Made by a program: the position numbers and the translations under genes. From sequence record NC_048016.1: DNA of 64,000 nt. The stretch is one strand, 5' to 3'. The notes beneath the pieces were generated by a model. That model made no database searches. It had not been told where the DNA came from and worked only from the letters and a program-made list of their open reading frames with translations. Numbering within the stretch: position 1 is the first letter of the stretch; the number at the start of each line of letters is the position of its first letter. Positions 25,341-35,651 of this stretch are shown here, piece after piece.

Positions 25341-28300
25341 TTAGTTCCAAACACCGAGGTCGGTGCTGACCCCTTCTTCTGTTCGCATGATGCCCGTGAC
25401 CCAGTCCCACATTGCGGTGGTCAGGTTAAACGGATGGTATTTGCACAGGAAGAGGGTTGGGGCAGTGTCTTCCATCACCACAACCGCAGCATCGTCATTA
25501 AAGTCGATGGTGCCCACAGTCTGTGCCCCGCTCTTAAAGATAAGTGTGGACTCTAAGAAGAACGGGCTGGCAATGGCCAGTGGGACAAACTCAATGTACA
25601 ACAAATCACCGGCAAAGCCTGTGACCGTTGGCGTCAAACGACTGCTTGCCACGGCCCCGTTCTGCGGGCTGTTGTTGTGCACCGATTTCCCATTGACATA
25701 ACTGCGGAAGTTGTAATTGGCGTTTACCGTCCAATCCAGCGCATCGAAGTCCGCAGGGGCTTCCACGACCAAGGCAAAGCGTCGGCTGTACGCAGCGCCC
25801 CGATAAGGGTTGGCTGTGCTTGACCAGACTTTCGCCCGGGTAATCTCGGCACCCACACGCTGTTTCGACAGGATACGATCCGGATGTGCTACCAACGGAC
25901 TGTACTTACTGCGGGACGGCATAACCGCATTACCGGCAGTGGGCAGTCCGATAAACTCCGTTGCCCCCGACAGTGCTGCCCAGTTTGCAGGTATCCCACC
26001 ACTGAGTAACTTCTGAACCACTCCACGACCATTCCCCTGTACCGCGTAATCGTTGGCACGGGTGTAGGCTTCAAAGAGGCTACGGAAGTAACTGTAGTTG
26101 TGGTAATCGGCAGACGGGTAGATACCGGCATGCAGGATATGCTGACTTGTGGAGGCCAGCTCCTTACGGTTAAAGCCCACAAAGCCATTCATGCAATCCC
26201 GAACATCAAACGGCAGTTCGTACGTAACTTTGCGAATAATCGGTGTTGACCGGTTGTCCTCAAACCGCACCAGTTCCACACGCAAGGTGTTGGTCTTCGG
26301 TACGTAGCGGTAACGCACGATATAACGCGACGCTCCTGTCTCCTTGACTTCCTCACCCCAAACACTCGGGTCAGTTGCCTCCACCAAACTCATGTCGTAC
26401 GGGTGCACATCGAACGGCGTAACCGCCGGTGCTGCACGGTTAGCACTGTTGGCAGCGTTTACGGGCAACTCCGGCATGTACCCATATTCGGCCTCATTGG
26501 TGAACACGTTGATGTGGAAGAATTTGTGCTGACCGTTACGCGCTTTCTGTGCAAAGGTCAGCCACAAGTCCAACTGGGTGTTACCCAGCACACGACGAAT
26601 CGGAATATACAGCGCCAGTGAGCCCTCGTACGTGAGCAGGTTGTTCTCATACGGGTTCGCCGGGGTCATCCACTGCTGCGGACCACTGTACCGGGTATCC
26701 ATCCACATCGTCAGGGGGCCGGTACCGTCAACCGTCGGTTTGAGTGTGAGCACACTCGCTGCGAGGTTTGCTGTACCCGCCACACCCGCCACAATGTAGT
26801 CAGGTTTGTCGGAGGCAATGGGCAGACGTTTCATCCCCGGGTTATCCGAGAGATACCAGTCACTCGACTCAGGGACATGTGCCGGAATCAGATTCTGGTG
26901 CGTACCCATCTCTTGGAACTGACCAAAGTCTGCCACCGTGTCAAACTCAACCGTTGTCGTGGTCATTCCTGCCGGACCACAATCCACATACCCGACGTAG
27001 GTCTGGGTAATGCTGATGTCGTTGGAGGCAATCGGTTCAGCACGACCAAACAGTGAATTGGTGCTCATGTTGAGATACACAAAGTGGCGATTGTTACGCG
27101 GGTTGATAAACTCGCTTAACTGGGCCAGCTTCGTATCAGGCGATGATGCCACGATAGGATAGTTGTTATCCCAAATCTCAAATGCCAATGCTGCCGGTTT
27201 GGTGCTGTCGTTGCAATCCGCCCGTAAGGCGACCGTGTGCACCGGGGATGCCGTATCCACATCAAATACCCCGTCAACCGTCGGCGCACCGGAAGTCACG
27301 AGGGTGCCGTTGATGTAAACACTGATGTTTCCCCCGGCCGAGGCGATCACCCTCAGACGGCCTGAGGAGCACGCTACGCGCTCTTTAGCCAGAACTGAGA
27401 TAATGGACAGATCGCCCTGCTGCGAGGCGCTGAGGCCGATTGTGCGTGCGTATAAAGGAAGTGTGGTGGCACTGGAGGTTAAGGCCAACTGCGTATTGTG
27501 CAGAACACCCTTTGCCCAGTTACGCTCGATGACATTCGTCGGCTGGTACCAGTTGAACATCGGGGTGGTTTCCAAGTTCACTGACCCGGTTACCCGGCCT
27601 TCTTTGCGACCACCGTTGGCCATGTAGAAGTATTTCAAGTCCTGCACTGACAACGCCAGCTTGGAACTCGCTACCGACCACGTTGCCCCGCCAATCACCG
27701 CATAGTCCGTCACGGCTTTGGGGTTGGCCCCTTTGAGGTTCTCTGCCACGGCTGCCAGTTGCAGCTGCAGTTGATACAACACATTGGGTGCCACACCCCG
27801 ACCGTCTGCCAGCGAGGCTTCGGTTGGCGCAATACGAATCACCCCAAGGTCGGCTTCAGTAGCATTCGGGATATTGAGGGAGGCCCACGCATGTTTGTGG
27901 CCTTTGTCAGACTTGCCCGCGAGTGCGGTTTGCAAATCACCTGACAACGGTTTGTCCACATCCGCGGTGTTGTCCGCATCCCCTAACCCGATATCCGCTT
28001 TACTGAGGACACGGGCACCGTCGTCCATGGCCACCGAGTTCAGTCGGGTCGCTTTCGGGACGAACTGCCCAAGCGTCGTATCGTACGCTGCCACTGCACC
28101 CGGGGTGACTGCTTGTCCGGTTGCCACATCGCTCTTCGCAGTCACCAATGTCACCGCGCCGTCGGTTGTGGTCGTGGCATCCGGCAGGGTGACGTTCCAT
28201 TTCACCGGGTCGGCTTTAGAGCCTTTCCCACTCGGGGTCAAGCCTTGCGTTTCAGACTGGACGTAAAGCTTGGAGTCATCCGGGTCAGTTCCGCCCCCGT

Positions 28301-29375
28301 CATCTTCGGCTTGGTAGTCCATCAGCGTAGTGGTGGTCAGTAGGGTTACCCCATTCACCGAGAGCTTATCCATGCCGAGTGCGTTGCCTGAAGACTCGAT
28401 ACGCATGACGTTCGAACCCGCGACCCATTCGAAATACGCCACATCGCCTTTATAGCCTGCCCGCAGTGCAATCCCACCCGTGGTGGTCAGGTCAAAGCCG
28501 GTGTCCGTAAAGAGCACGCTGGACGCCCCGTTCTTGGATTTAAAGAGTGGACGGTTGGCCTGTACCAACTGCACAAACGTACCTTGGATGTCTTTAAACG
28601 CCCACGTCTCGATATACTTGTCGATATCGGACTGCTGCAAACCCAGTGCCCGAATCTCTGCGGTTAACTCCCGCAGGGTTTTCCCGTAGGCGAGGAAGGT
28701 ATCCGCCGCTTTCAGGGAAATCGGGTGTGCCCCCATTTGGGTGACATTGGTTCCGTGGGGGTTTTTGGCATTGACGTGTGACGGATAATCGAAGGCTTCA
28801 ATCTCTGTGTGCAGACTTTCGACGGTGACTTTCAGCTGGTCAAGTTTGGCTTTGATTTGATCGTTGGCCGAACCGGCATCGAGTTCCACGTCATGAATCG
28901 CAGACGCCACGTACTTCTTGTTCAGCAGGTCATGCCACGAGGTGGCTGCCGGCATCACGGGATACAAAGAAGGGCGGTTGTCCACATTCAGCCAGCGTGC
29001 ACTGGTTGGGTTGTTCAAATACTTCACTAACGTGTCGAAGGATTCCAACAGTCCGTCGTAATACGTCCCGCCCAAGTGCTGACCGGTGAAAATCAGTGAG
29101 CCCTTGATGGCCGGGTTAATCACGTTAACCCCGCAGAACACCGGACTGGCCACTGAGTCGTCCAGCTCTGTCAGCTGATAAGCCAACTCGTAATCGACGC
29201 CCTGAGTCAGAGGGTTAGAGGCAGTTGCCTGCCTCACGGAAAACCCAGACTGGAAGAACGGACGGTGCTGGAGTACCAGCACACGTTCCGAGGCGATGTC
29301 CGATTCGAGAATACGCTCCTCAGTAAACTGATTGGTCTTGGCGGTGCCTTTCCAATCGTAAGGAATCGCACTCAT
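25341..29375 (-). CDS. giant tail fibre / tail-associated virion protein
   Basis: 1344 aa; RPFF...DYELAY N-domain, NTADVDKPLS..HKH motif, two beta-sandwich-like segments. Confidence 0.75.
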   Translation of the reverse strand: MSAIPYDWKGTAKTNQFTEERILESDIASERVLVLQHRPFFQSGFSVRQATASNPLTQGVDYELAYQLTELDDSVASPVFCGVNVINPAIKGSLIFTGQHLGGTYYDGLLESFDTLVKYLNNPTSARWLNVDNRPSLYPVMPAATSWHDLLNKKYVASAIHDVELDAGSANDQIKAKLDQLKVTVESLHTEIEAFDYPSHVNAKNPHGTNVTQMGAHPISLKAADTFLAYGKTLRELTAEIRALGLQQSDIDKYIETWAFKDIQGTFVQLVQANRPLFKSKNGASSVLFTDTGFDLTTTGGIALRAGYKGDVAYFEWVAGSNVMRIESSGNALGMDKLSVNGVTLLTTTTLMDYQAEDDGGGTDPDDSKLYVQSETQGLTPSGKGSKADPVKWNVTLPDATTTTDGAVTLVTAKSDVATGQAVTPGAVAAYDTTLGQFVPKATRLNSVAMDDGARVLSKADIGLGDADNTADVDKPLSGDLQTALAGKSDKGHKHAWASLNIPNATEADLGVIRIAPTEASLADGRGVAPNVLYQLQLQLAAVAENLKGANPKAVTDYAVIGGATWSVASSKLALSVQDLKYFYMANGGRKEGRVTGSVNLETTPMFNWYQPTNVIERNWAKGVLHNTQLALTSSATTLPLYARTIGLSASQQGDLSIISVLAKERVACSSGRLRVIASAGGNISVYINGTLVTSGAPTVDGVFDVDTASPVHTVALRADCNDSTKPAALAFEIWDNNYPIVASSPDTKLAQLSEFINPRNNRHFVYLNMSTNSLFGRAEPIASNDISITQTYVGYVDCGPAGMTTTTVEFDTVADFGQFQEMGTHQNLIPAHVPESSDWYLSDNPGMKRLPIASDKPDYIVAGVAGTANLAASVLTLKPTVDGTGPLTMWMDTRYSGPQQWMTPANPYENNLLTYEGSLALYIPIRRVLGNTQLDLWLTFAQKARNGQHKFFHINVFTNEAEYGYMPELPVNAANSANRAAPAVTPFDVHPYDMSLVEATDPSVWGEEVKETGASRYIVRYRYVPKTNTLRVELVRFEDNRSTPIIRKVTYELPFDVRDCMNGFVGFNRKELASTSQHILHAGIYPSADYHNYSYFRSLFEAYTRANDYAVQGNGRGVVQKLLSGGIPANWAALSGATEFIGLPTAGNAVMPSRSKYSPLVAHPDRILSKQRVGAEITRAKVWSSTANPYRGAAYSRRFALVVEAPADFDALDWTVNANYNFRSYVNGKSVHNNSPQNGAVASSRLTPTVTGFAGDLLYIEFVPLAIASPFFLESTLIFKSGAQTVGTIDFNDDAAVVVMEDTAPTLFLCKYHPFNLTTAMWDWVTGIMRTEEGVSTDLGVWN

Positions 29376-29385
29376 TTAGTTCTCC

Positions 29386-32300
29386 TTAATCACGAAGCAC
29401 CACGCCGGTGTATCGTTTATTCACTTTGTCGGTGTAAAGGATGAGGTCAGCCGTGGAGATGAAGCGCGGAATGCCACTGTAGTGCGTGTCGGTGTTTGCT
29501 TTCACAATCGCCGTTCGCAGTTGGGTGTCAGTCATGGCCAGCATCTCGGTGGTCAGCACGCCTTCAATGTACCGTGCACGTTCCAGACCCGAGAAGTTTT
29601 CTACAAAAGAAACGAGGGTGTTGTAAACGTTGTTGTCCGACATTGCAGCCGGGGCGTCAACGCGACAACGGAACAGGCCACTAAAGCTCCCACCAACGCC
29701 GTAGTGACGTTTTAGGTTAACATTGGTAGCTTCGGCTAAGGTAATGCCTGCGGCGCTGAGACGGCTGTTCAGGTCGATTGTCTGCGTACCCATGGTGAGC
29801 ACACCGGTAGCGAGGTTTAAGGTCACCACCGCACTCGACGGTAACGACACCGTAAAGCGCAACGTCGCCGCATCCGCAAAGACTGCGACCGTGGCAAGCA
29901 GGCTGGCCCACGTGTTGGCATTGTTCACCGGGTAGTCAGACGCCCCGATGATAATCTGCTTGGGACTGCCGTAGTTAATGGCAAACCCTAAGTGGCACAG
30001 ATTACCGTTGACATCCGAGATGTAGTTCGAGCGACTCACCAACACCGAGAACCGGTTAAAGTTCCCGCGACTGTCAGTGAAGCCCAGCCCCATCACCTCG
30101 AACAGGGTGTCATCGTTTCCGGTGACATCGGTTGGGGTAAACGTGACGGACGCATCCTGCATCGCGTAGTAGGGGGTAATGCACTGCATGATAAGGTGGT
30201 CAGCAGCGTTGACACCGCCCGCACTGAAGACCAGACCCTCGTAGGCGGCGTTTAACGCACCCCAGCGCACGTTCTCACGGCTACGCCACCCATCCACACC
30301 ACGTGCCCGCCAATCGGCGTCACGACGCAGTGAACCCTTCATTCCGCCTACCCACTCTTCACCTTTGTTGTTAAAGGTAAAGCCGAACTCCGCCTGTGTC
30401 ATGGCCCGGTGACTATGGTCGTTTTTCGACGCCGCATGTTCGACCAGTTCACGGAACTCACCCAACCGCGTAACGTTGCTGATGGTTGAATCCAACACAC
30501 TGCTGTCATCCGTGGTAAAGCTGCCAATCTCCGTCAGCGTTGCCGACTCAGGAAGCTTGGTCAAACTCACCCGGTACAACCCGGCATTGTTCACAACGTC
30601 CACGTACACAAAGAACGTTTTGTTGCTGGGTGAAGACGTCAGCTGGGTCAGGTTAAAACTCCCCAGAGGCACATCGTAGCGCAGACGCACGAAATAGGTG
30701 TTGGCTTTGATGCTCACCATCCAACCCGATGCAGTTAACGCATTCGGAATGGCGGTTGCACCCGGGGTACCGTAACGGATGATGTCAATCACGGCACCGG
30801 AGTCAACACTGCCTGCGGTGGTGGCCAGAGTGTCGGTACGGGTCACCAACGGGGTCACGGCAGCAGCATCAAGTGCGGCCGTGTTATCGTCAACCAGCTT
30901 ACCGGTTTTCACCAACCCTTTAACCTTGTCCGTTCCCGCCACAATACCGAGCTGCGCCGGTGTGTGGGTATGGGTCGTGTCAGCGTACTTATCCAACTCC
31001 GTCTGCTGCGCGGTGGAAACCGGCAACAGGGTATCCGGGGTGTTGGACACGGCACTCAGGTTAAAGGTGAGCTTGTCGATGGTCACAGACGAGGAGAGCG
31101 CCATACCGTTGATATTGGCTTTGGCTAACAACAACTTACCGGTGAACAGGGCATCGAGCTTACTGAGCAGCGCCGGGGTCGCCAGCAAGTCATCGCTGGT
31201 ACCGAAGTCCACGGTCAGTTTACGCAGTGCCGAGGTATCCCGGTTCGCGTTGCTCGGTGCTTGCCACTGCACCTTAAACGGCACGGTTTGAATCCCGTTA
31301 CCGTTAATGGTAAAGGTCGCGGTATTCTCGCCGTAAAACAGCCCATCCCCACTGCCTGTGACGCCCGGCAAATACGGAATCACGGTCGTCGGGTCAAGCA
31401 GAGGCTTACCTTTCCACTGCAACTTACGGCTGTCGCTGTACAACACCAGTTCGTTGGTACCCGCTTTTGCCGAGGCATTTTGGGTGGTCACATGCCGTTG
31501 GAAGGTTTTTGACAGAAGACGAATCATCTTGTCATCAACGGTACCAATGGTTTCCACACCGGCCGTTTCATTGGCAGCCGACGTTGATGTGATTTGACCC
31601 AAGCCCGGTTGCAGGGTGAACGCCCCCGGTACCGGAGTGTTGTTCCCGATACGCAGAATGCGGTTGTTCAGATCCGTTGCTTTTGGTAACAGGTTATTGA
31701 TGTACACGGCCAGTGCCGCTTGTGTGCGACCAAACGCCAAGGCCGAGTCAAAGGCAATGTCGTTTAACGGCAGTGCACCAATTGAACCCGGGGTATCTTC
31801 GTGCGGGTCGTTCGTGTCCCCCACGTGGTCGTGTGCCGGCGCACCACGGTACAACTCGTTGACAATCTCGGCGTAGTCTTTCAGTAATGCTAAGACCGGC
31901 GCGTTATCATCTGCGCTATACCCGTATCCCGGGAAGTCATTAAACGAGAACGTATCGTTAACGCCGACATCGAACTGCAAACGCAAATCAGTTGTGCGGT
32001 CACTGAGTTTCGAACGGACATTAAACAACGTCCATTCCGCAGAAACCGACGCCGGTGGGTTTTGGATATCCACCGTGTAGTTAAGAACAGTTTGCCCTTC
32101 CTGCGTCACAACCACCGACACTGTGTCGTGCGTCTTGCTGTTAATGACGGTAACCGTAAAGGGCTTGTTAAAGATAGCCAAGCCCTTCCCTGCTGCCGCA
32201 ATTGGGTAATAGGTATACGTGTTGTCACCGGCGTAGAGCGCCAGTTTCAAATCACCATCCATGTACCGCAGATGCAGACCAGCAAAGCCACTGCCCCAAT

Positions 32301-33048
32301 AATTGCGCAAAAGCATCGCAAAAATAGGCGGGGTCACTTGACTATACAACGACTTCAGATTGAAATTAACAATCAGCCGGTAATCGCCCATCCCGTTTGA
32401 ATTATACCCGGTAATGGTATAAAACGGCCCGGTGGGTTTCTTCTTAACCAAATAACTGAGGTCGTTCTGGTAAACCACTTCGCCACGACTGAAAAAACCT
32501 TCGTGGTTGGTTGTGGGTACAGACGAGGTGGTGTAGGGGTCAGGCAGGGCGGGTTTTTCGGCAATCTTCTTACCGATGGCCGCGATGGCCTGCATCAGTT
32601 CTAACTCACCTTGCCAGTTGGCTTTGTCGAATTGGATATCGACCGGGGGGAAATAGACTTCACCAATCACTTCTTCCCACTGGCAATCAACCGGGTACTT
32701 GTCGGCGTTTGCCTGACGTTCCGCTGCGATTTGTGCTGGGGTGGCGATACCACTACCAACTGCATGGTAGTCCACGGCAAAGTTATTGACGTAGTCTTCG
32801 TTGGTTATCCAGATGCTGGCATGGATGTTTCTGCCGGTGCGTTGGATGCCGGTCATGAAGCGATGCCCAAACACGTAGTCACGACCGAATTTCAGTGTTT
32901 TACCGTTAGAGGTAACCACGACAGAGCCGGTGTAAAAAGGGGCGTTTGCAGGAATGAGCACTCGGTACTTCGAACCGATAGGCGTTACCGCCTCTTGGGG
33001 AATGAGATTCCCGCTTTCTTTCTGATGTGGGTCAAAGACGACTGCCAT
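29386..33048 (-). CDS. giant tail fibre / tail-associated virion protein
   Basis: 1220 aa; APFY...DYVFGH N-domain, NTPDTLLPVS..HTHT motif; shares a YRVS...RLG...EH segment with the 1695-aa protein. Confidence 0.75.
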   Translation of the reverse strand: MAVVFDPHQKESGNLIPQEAVTPIGSKYRVLIPANAPFYTGSVVVTSNGKTLKFGRDYVFGHRFMTGIQRTGRNIHASIWITNEDYVNNFAVDYHAVGSGIATPAQIAAERQANADKYPVDCQWEEVIGEVYFPPVDIQFDKANWQGELELMQAIAAIGKKIAEKPALPDPYTTSSVPTTNHEGFFSRGEVVYQNDLSYLVKKKPTGPFYTITGYNSNGMGDYRLIVNFNLKSLYSQVTPPIFAMLLRNYWGSGFAGLHLRYMDGDLKLALYAGDNTYTYYPIAAAGKGLAIFNKPFTVTVINSKTHDTVSVVVTQEGQTVLNYTVDIQNPPASVSAEWTLFNVRSKLSDRTTDLRLQFDVGVNDTFSFNDFPGYGYSADDNAPVLALLKDYAEIVNELYRGAPAHDHVGDTNDPHEDTPGSIGALPLNDIAFDSALAFGRTQAALAVYINNLLPKATDLNNRILRIGNNTPVPGAFTLQPGLGQITSTSAANETAGVETIGTVDDKMIRLLSKTFQRHVTTQNASAKAGTNELVLYSDSRKLQWKGKPLLDPTTVIPYLPGVTGSGDGLFYGENTATFTINGNGIQTVPFKVQWQAPSNANRDTSALRKLTVDFGTSDDLLATPALLSKLDALFTGKLLLAKANINGMALSSSVTIDKLTFNLSAVSNTPDTLLPVSTAQQTELDKYADTTHTHTPAQLGIVAGTDKVKGLVKTGKLVDDNTAALDAAAVTPLVTRTDTLATTAGSVDSGAVIDIIRYGTPGATAIPNALTASGWMVSIKANTYFVRLRYDVPLGSFNLTQLTSSPSNKTFFVYVDVVNNAGLYRVSLTKLPESATLTEIGSFTTDDSSVLDSTISNVTRLGEFRELVEHAASKNDHSHRAMTQAEFGFTFNNKGEEWVGGMKGSLRRDADWRARGVDGWRSRENVRWGALNAAYEGLVFSAGGVNAADHLIMQCITPYYAMQDASVTFTPTDVTGNDDTLFEVMGLGFTDSRGNFNRFSVLVSRSNYISDVNGNLCHLGFAINYGSPKQIIIGASDYPVNNANTWASLLATVAVFADAATLRFTVSLPSSAVVTLNLATGVLTMGTQTIDLNSRLSAAGITLAEATNVNLKRHYGVGGSFSGLFRCRVDAPAAMSDNNVYNTLVSFVENFSGLERARYIEGVLTTEMLAMTDTQLRTAIVKANTDTHYSGIPRFISTADLILYTDKVNKRYTGVVLRD

Positions 33049-33079
33049 TATACACTCCTCTTATCACAAGGTCGTCGAG

Positions 33080-33092
33080 TTCATACTATGAC
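33080..33092. promoter_or_regulatory. back-to-back TATG motifs, candidate divergent late promoters
   Basis: TTCATACTATGAC: TATGAA on minus and TATGAC on plus, between divergent virion genes. Confidence 0.4.
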
Positions 33093-33116
33093 CTTTACCC
33101 TTAGAGGAATTCGCCT

Positions 33117-34373
33117 GTGGCCGCTGTATATCAAGTGCAGGCTGACCGTGCGTACGGCTTTAATCGTTCTACCCGCAGATGGGAAGCCGTCGACGTTTCA
33201 CGCCCGCTCAATCAACTGGTGAGCGACTACCAAACCTTCGAAGTGGGTCTGGAGTCATTAGATCGCCAATACACGTTCTTCAGCCAGTACCATCTGGCTG
33301 CATTACAAAACCGAACTGACACCCTGCAAGACTGGTTGAACGAACAAGCCGGTGTTGCGATTCCGACGCTGAAAGAGGGCTACCCGGTTCTCGAGTATAA
33401 CTTCGCGCATTACCAATCCCTGTTCTGTGACTTCCAACCACAGCCGCACTTATGTCCGCCGGGGTATCACTTCACGCAGGACTTTGCCTTAGAAGATGCC
33501 ACCGATGTAGTGCTGGAGCTGCCGGACGAATACAAAGACCAGTATCGTCACAATGTGCTGTTTAATGTGGCAGGGCAATGGGTCTCGCACCAGAACGACA
33601 GTGTGGGGGTAAGACTTAACGGTGCGGGTCGGATTGTGCAGAAATGCCACGAACCGGGCATGGGCTGTTTGGTATTAAACGATGTGGGGGAGTTGCGTAC
33701 CTATCCACTGAGTGGCTTAACGGTCACGCGATTGGATGAGACCCGCGACTTCTACAGTCGACTGATGGTGTCGCTGCCAGAAGACCTGACGGGGAAAACG
33801 GTGGCGTACGTTATCGGGGGGATTTTGCATTGGCTGCCTGCGTCCATGTACTTCAGCCAAAAGGCGGTGATGTTATCACTCTCGAACCTGAGCGTGTTAA
33901 AGCTGATTCATGAAACCCGGGAGTATTACCACTGGGATGACATCGGTGTGGATGACTTGTCAGTACCGAGCTCCACCTACCGTATCCTGAACTCCTCAAC
34001 CCTGCAAGCGTTGCTTAAACACGAGTCCTCCTTTATGGTGGTGATTGACACCCCGTATCTGGAGATTGATGAAGTGGCACTCAACCTTGCCAGTTCTTAC
34101 GGCCGGTTCCATTTACGTGACCCGAATGACATTGACAGTAAACTTCCGCTAGGAATGATTGTCAACGATTTCGGTAAGTGCGTAAACTACTGGCCAACGT
34201 GGGAAGAGGGGGAGTGGACGTTTCACACCCAAGAGCTGGACCGTCCGAATCTGGTGGCGTCTCATGCCCGTTGGAAGCAGCAGTCTGTGGTGAACGATGC
34301 CCAGCCGATTGCAACGGAACGTGCGTGGCGAGACACCCAAGTCTGGATGCGTCGACTCAAGGCACGCAAATAA
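33117..34373 (+). CDS. putative virion structural protein
   Basis: 418 aa ORF with RBS AGAGGA; location next to the tail genes; family not confirmed. Confidence 0.6.
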   Translation: MAAVYQVQADRAYGFNRSTRRWEAVDVSRPLNQLVSDYQTFEVGLESLDRQYTFFSQYHLAALQNRTDTLQDWLNEQAGVAIPTLKEGYPVLEYNFAHYQSLFCDFQPQPHLCPPGYHFTQDFALEDATDVVLELPDEYKDQYRHNVLFNVAGQWVSHQNDSVGVRLNGAGRIVQKCHEPGMGCLVLNDVGELRTYPLSGLTVTRLDETRDFYSRLMVSLPEDLTGKTVAYVIGGILHWLPASMYFSQKAVMLSLSNLSVLKLIHETREYYHWDDIGVDDLSVPSSTYRILNSSTLQALLKHESSFMVVIDTPYLEIDEVALNLASSYGRFHLRDPNDIDSKLPLGMIVNDFGKCVNYWPTWEEGEWTFHTQELDRPNLVASHARWKQQSVVNDAQPIATERAWRDTQVWMRRLKARK

Positions 34374-34529
34374 AAGAAAAAGCGCCCCACCCCTCGGAGG
34401 GTGGAGCTGTCCAATGGACAAAGTCGATACTCGTAACTGAACGCGTGTTATAGGGGGTAGGTCTAATTGGCGTCATCCAATGCAACTCATATCCCCACAT
34501 AAAGACTCAAGTGTACGTAATTTTTGAGA

Positions 34530-34568
34530 CAAACAAAAGAAGGGTACCCCACTCCCGAAGGAGTGGGG
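34530..34568 (-). terminator. rho-independent terminator
   Basis: CCCCACTCC-CGAA-GGAGTGGGG (UUCG loop on minus) with an A-run on its left. Confidence 0.8.
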
Positions 34569-34577
34569 ACCTTTTAC

Positions 34578-35138
34578 TTATTTGGTATCTTGCTCTGAAT
34601 CCAGTGTAGTCTCTGGGGCTGCACCGGTATTCTGCTGTGGAGCAGTACCTTTTTCAACGTCGGCATCCTGCGCAACCGGATCAGGCTCTACAGCATGATG
34701 CTCGGTTTTACCCGCAGTTGGATCGGCACCTGTTGACGCTTGGTTAGCACGTGCGATGTCAGACTTGGCATTCGGGTCAATGTTGTCATTGCCCGGGAAC
34801 ACGGTCTGCGCGGTGTCACGTTCAACTAACGCTTCGCCACGGTTAACGTTTTCCATGCCCGCCACTTCTTCGCGTCGTAACGCGATAGCTGCGGCTGCGT
34901 CTTCCTTTGTCGCGTGTTCGTACTTTTTGGCACGGTCACGACGATACAGGATGGCTTCGCCAGCGATACGGTCTTTGCCGGTGTAACCGACAATTGCGTA
35001 TGCCTCAGCGCCGTTGTCTTCTGCCTGTTTCGCAAGCAGGTTCTCAACGCCGTCTGGGCTATCCGCTGCAGCCTGAACACGGTGGTACTCTTTCCACTCG
35101 TCCAGTTTAACGTCATCAGGTGATTTGAATACTTCCAT
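34578..35138 (-). CDS. DUF1471 (YdgH/BhsA/McbA)-like domain plus acidic disordered tail
   Basis: 186 aa; LAKQAEDNGAEAYAIVG...GEAILYR resembles DUF1471; no signal peptide. Confidence 0.6.
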   Translation of the reverse strand: MEVFKSPDDVKLDEWKEYHRVQAAADSPDGVENLLAKQAEDNGAEAYAIVGYTGKDRIAGEAILYRRDRAKKYEHATKEDAAAAIALRREEVAGMENVNRGEALVERDTAQTVFPGNDNIDPNAKSDIARANQASTGADPTAGKTEHHAVEPDPVAQDADVEKGTAPQQNTGAAPETTLDSEQDTK

Positions 35139-35202
35139 TTCGTCCTCCAGAACGTTTAGTTGAAAAACAACTTTCCCCGCCCAGAACGAGCGGGGTTAAG
35201 TT

Positions 35203-35424
35203 TTACTCAGATACAGCGTCTGAGTGTTTGTAGATGATGGCAGAACCGTGCTGCTTGTTGTTGCCGCCAGCAGAGATGACTTTGAAAGCGTCAGCACCTT
35301 TTTCTTCGGCCTTGCGAGACAGGGCTTCAGTAACTTCATCCAGCGTGCTTAAGCCAGAAACCGACACGTGGCCGATTTCTTCGTATTCTGCTGGAATGGT
35401 CTCAGATGATTGAAACTCTTTCAT
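35203..35424 (-). CDS. DUF1471 (YdgH/BhsA/McbA family) protein lacking a signal peptide
   Basis: 73 aa from MKEFQ (RBS GGAG); IGHVSVSG.STLDE..EALSRKAEEKGADAFKVISAGGNNKQHGSAIIYK is a strong DUF1471 pattern. Confidence 0.8.
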   Translation of the reverse strand: MKEFQSSETIPAEYEEIGHVSVSGLSTLDEVTEALSRKAEEKGADAFKVISAGGNNKQHGSAIIYKHSDAVSE

Positions 35425-35494
35425 TTTACTCTCCATTATTGGTTGAACTACAGTGGGTAGCTAACATATCCTACATACAAATGCTCAGACCCTG

Positions 35495-35532
35495 TAAAAA
35501 AGAAGAGTCCCTACCCCGTAAGAGGTAGGGAC
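35495..35532 (-). terminator. rho-independent terminator
   Basis: GTCCCTACC/GGTAGGGAC stem flanked by A and T runs. Confidence 0.7.
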
Positions 35533-35651
35533 GCCTGCAATCTTTTTTTGCTGAAAAAAGTGGCTTTGCAAGCGACGGGTTGTGTGTAGTGCTACAAGTG
35601 TAGCCATCGACAGTATCGTCACAATACAGAGACCATCTGTATTTTTGTAGT

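Noticed and set aside
20166-33048. Numerous 60-200 aa ORFs on the plus strand or in alternative frames within the giant fibre genes
   Set aside because: They are fully nested in long ORFs with coherent motifs and have no RBS or recognisable domain.
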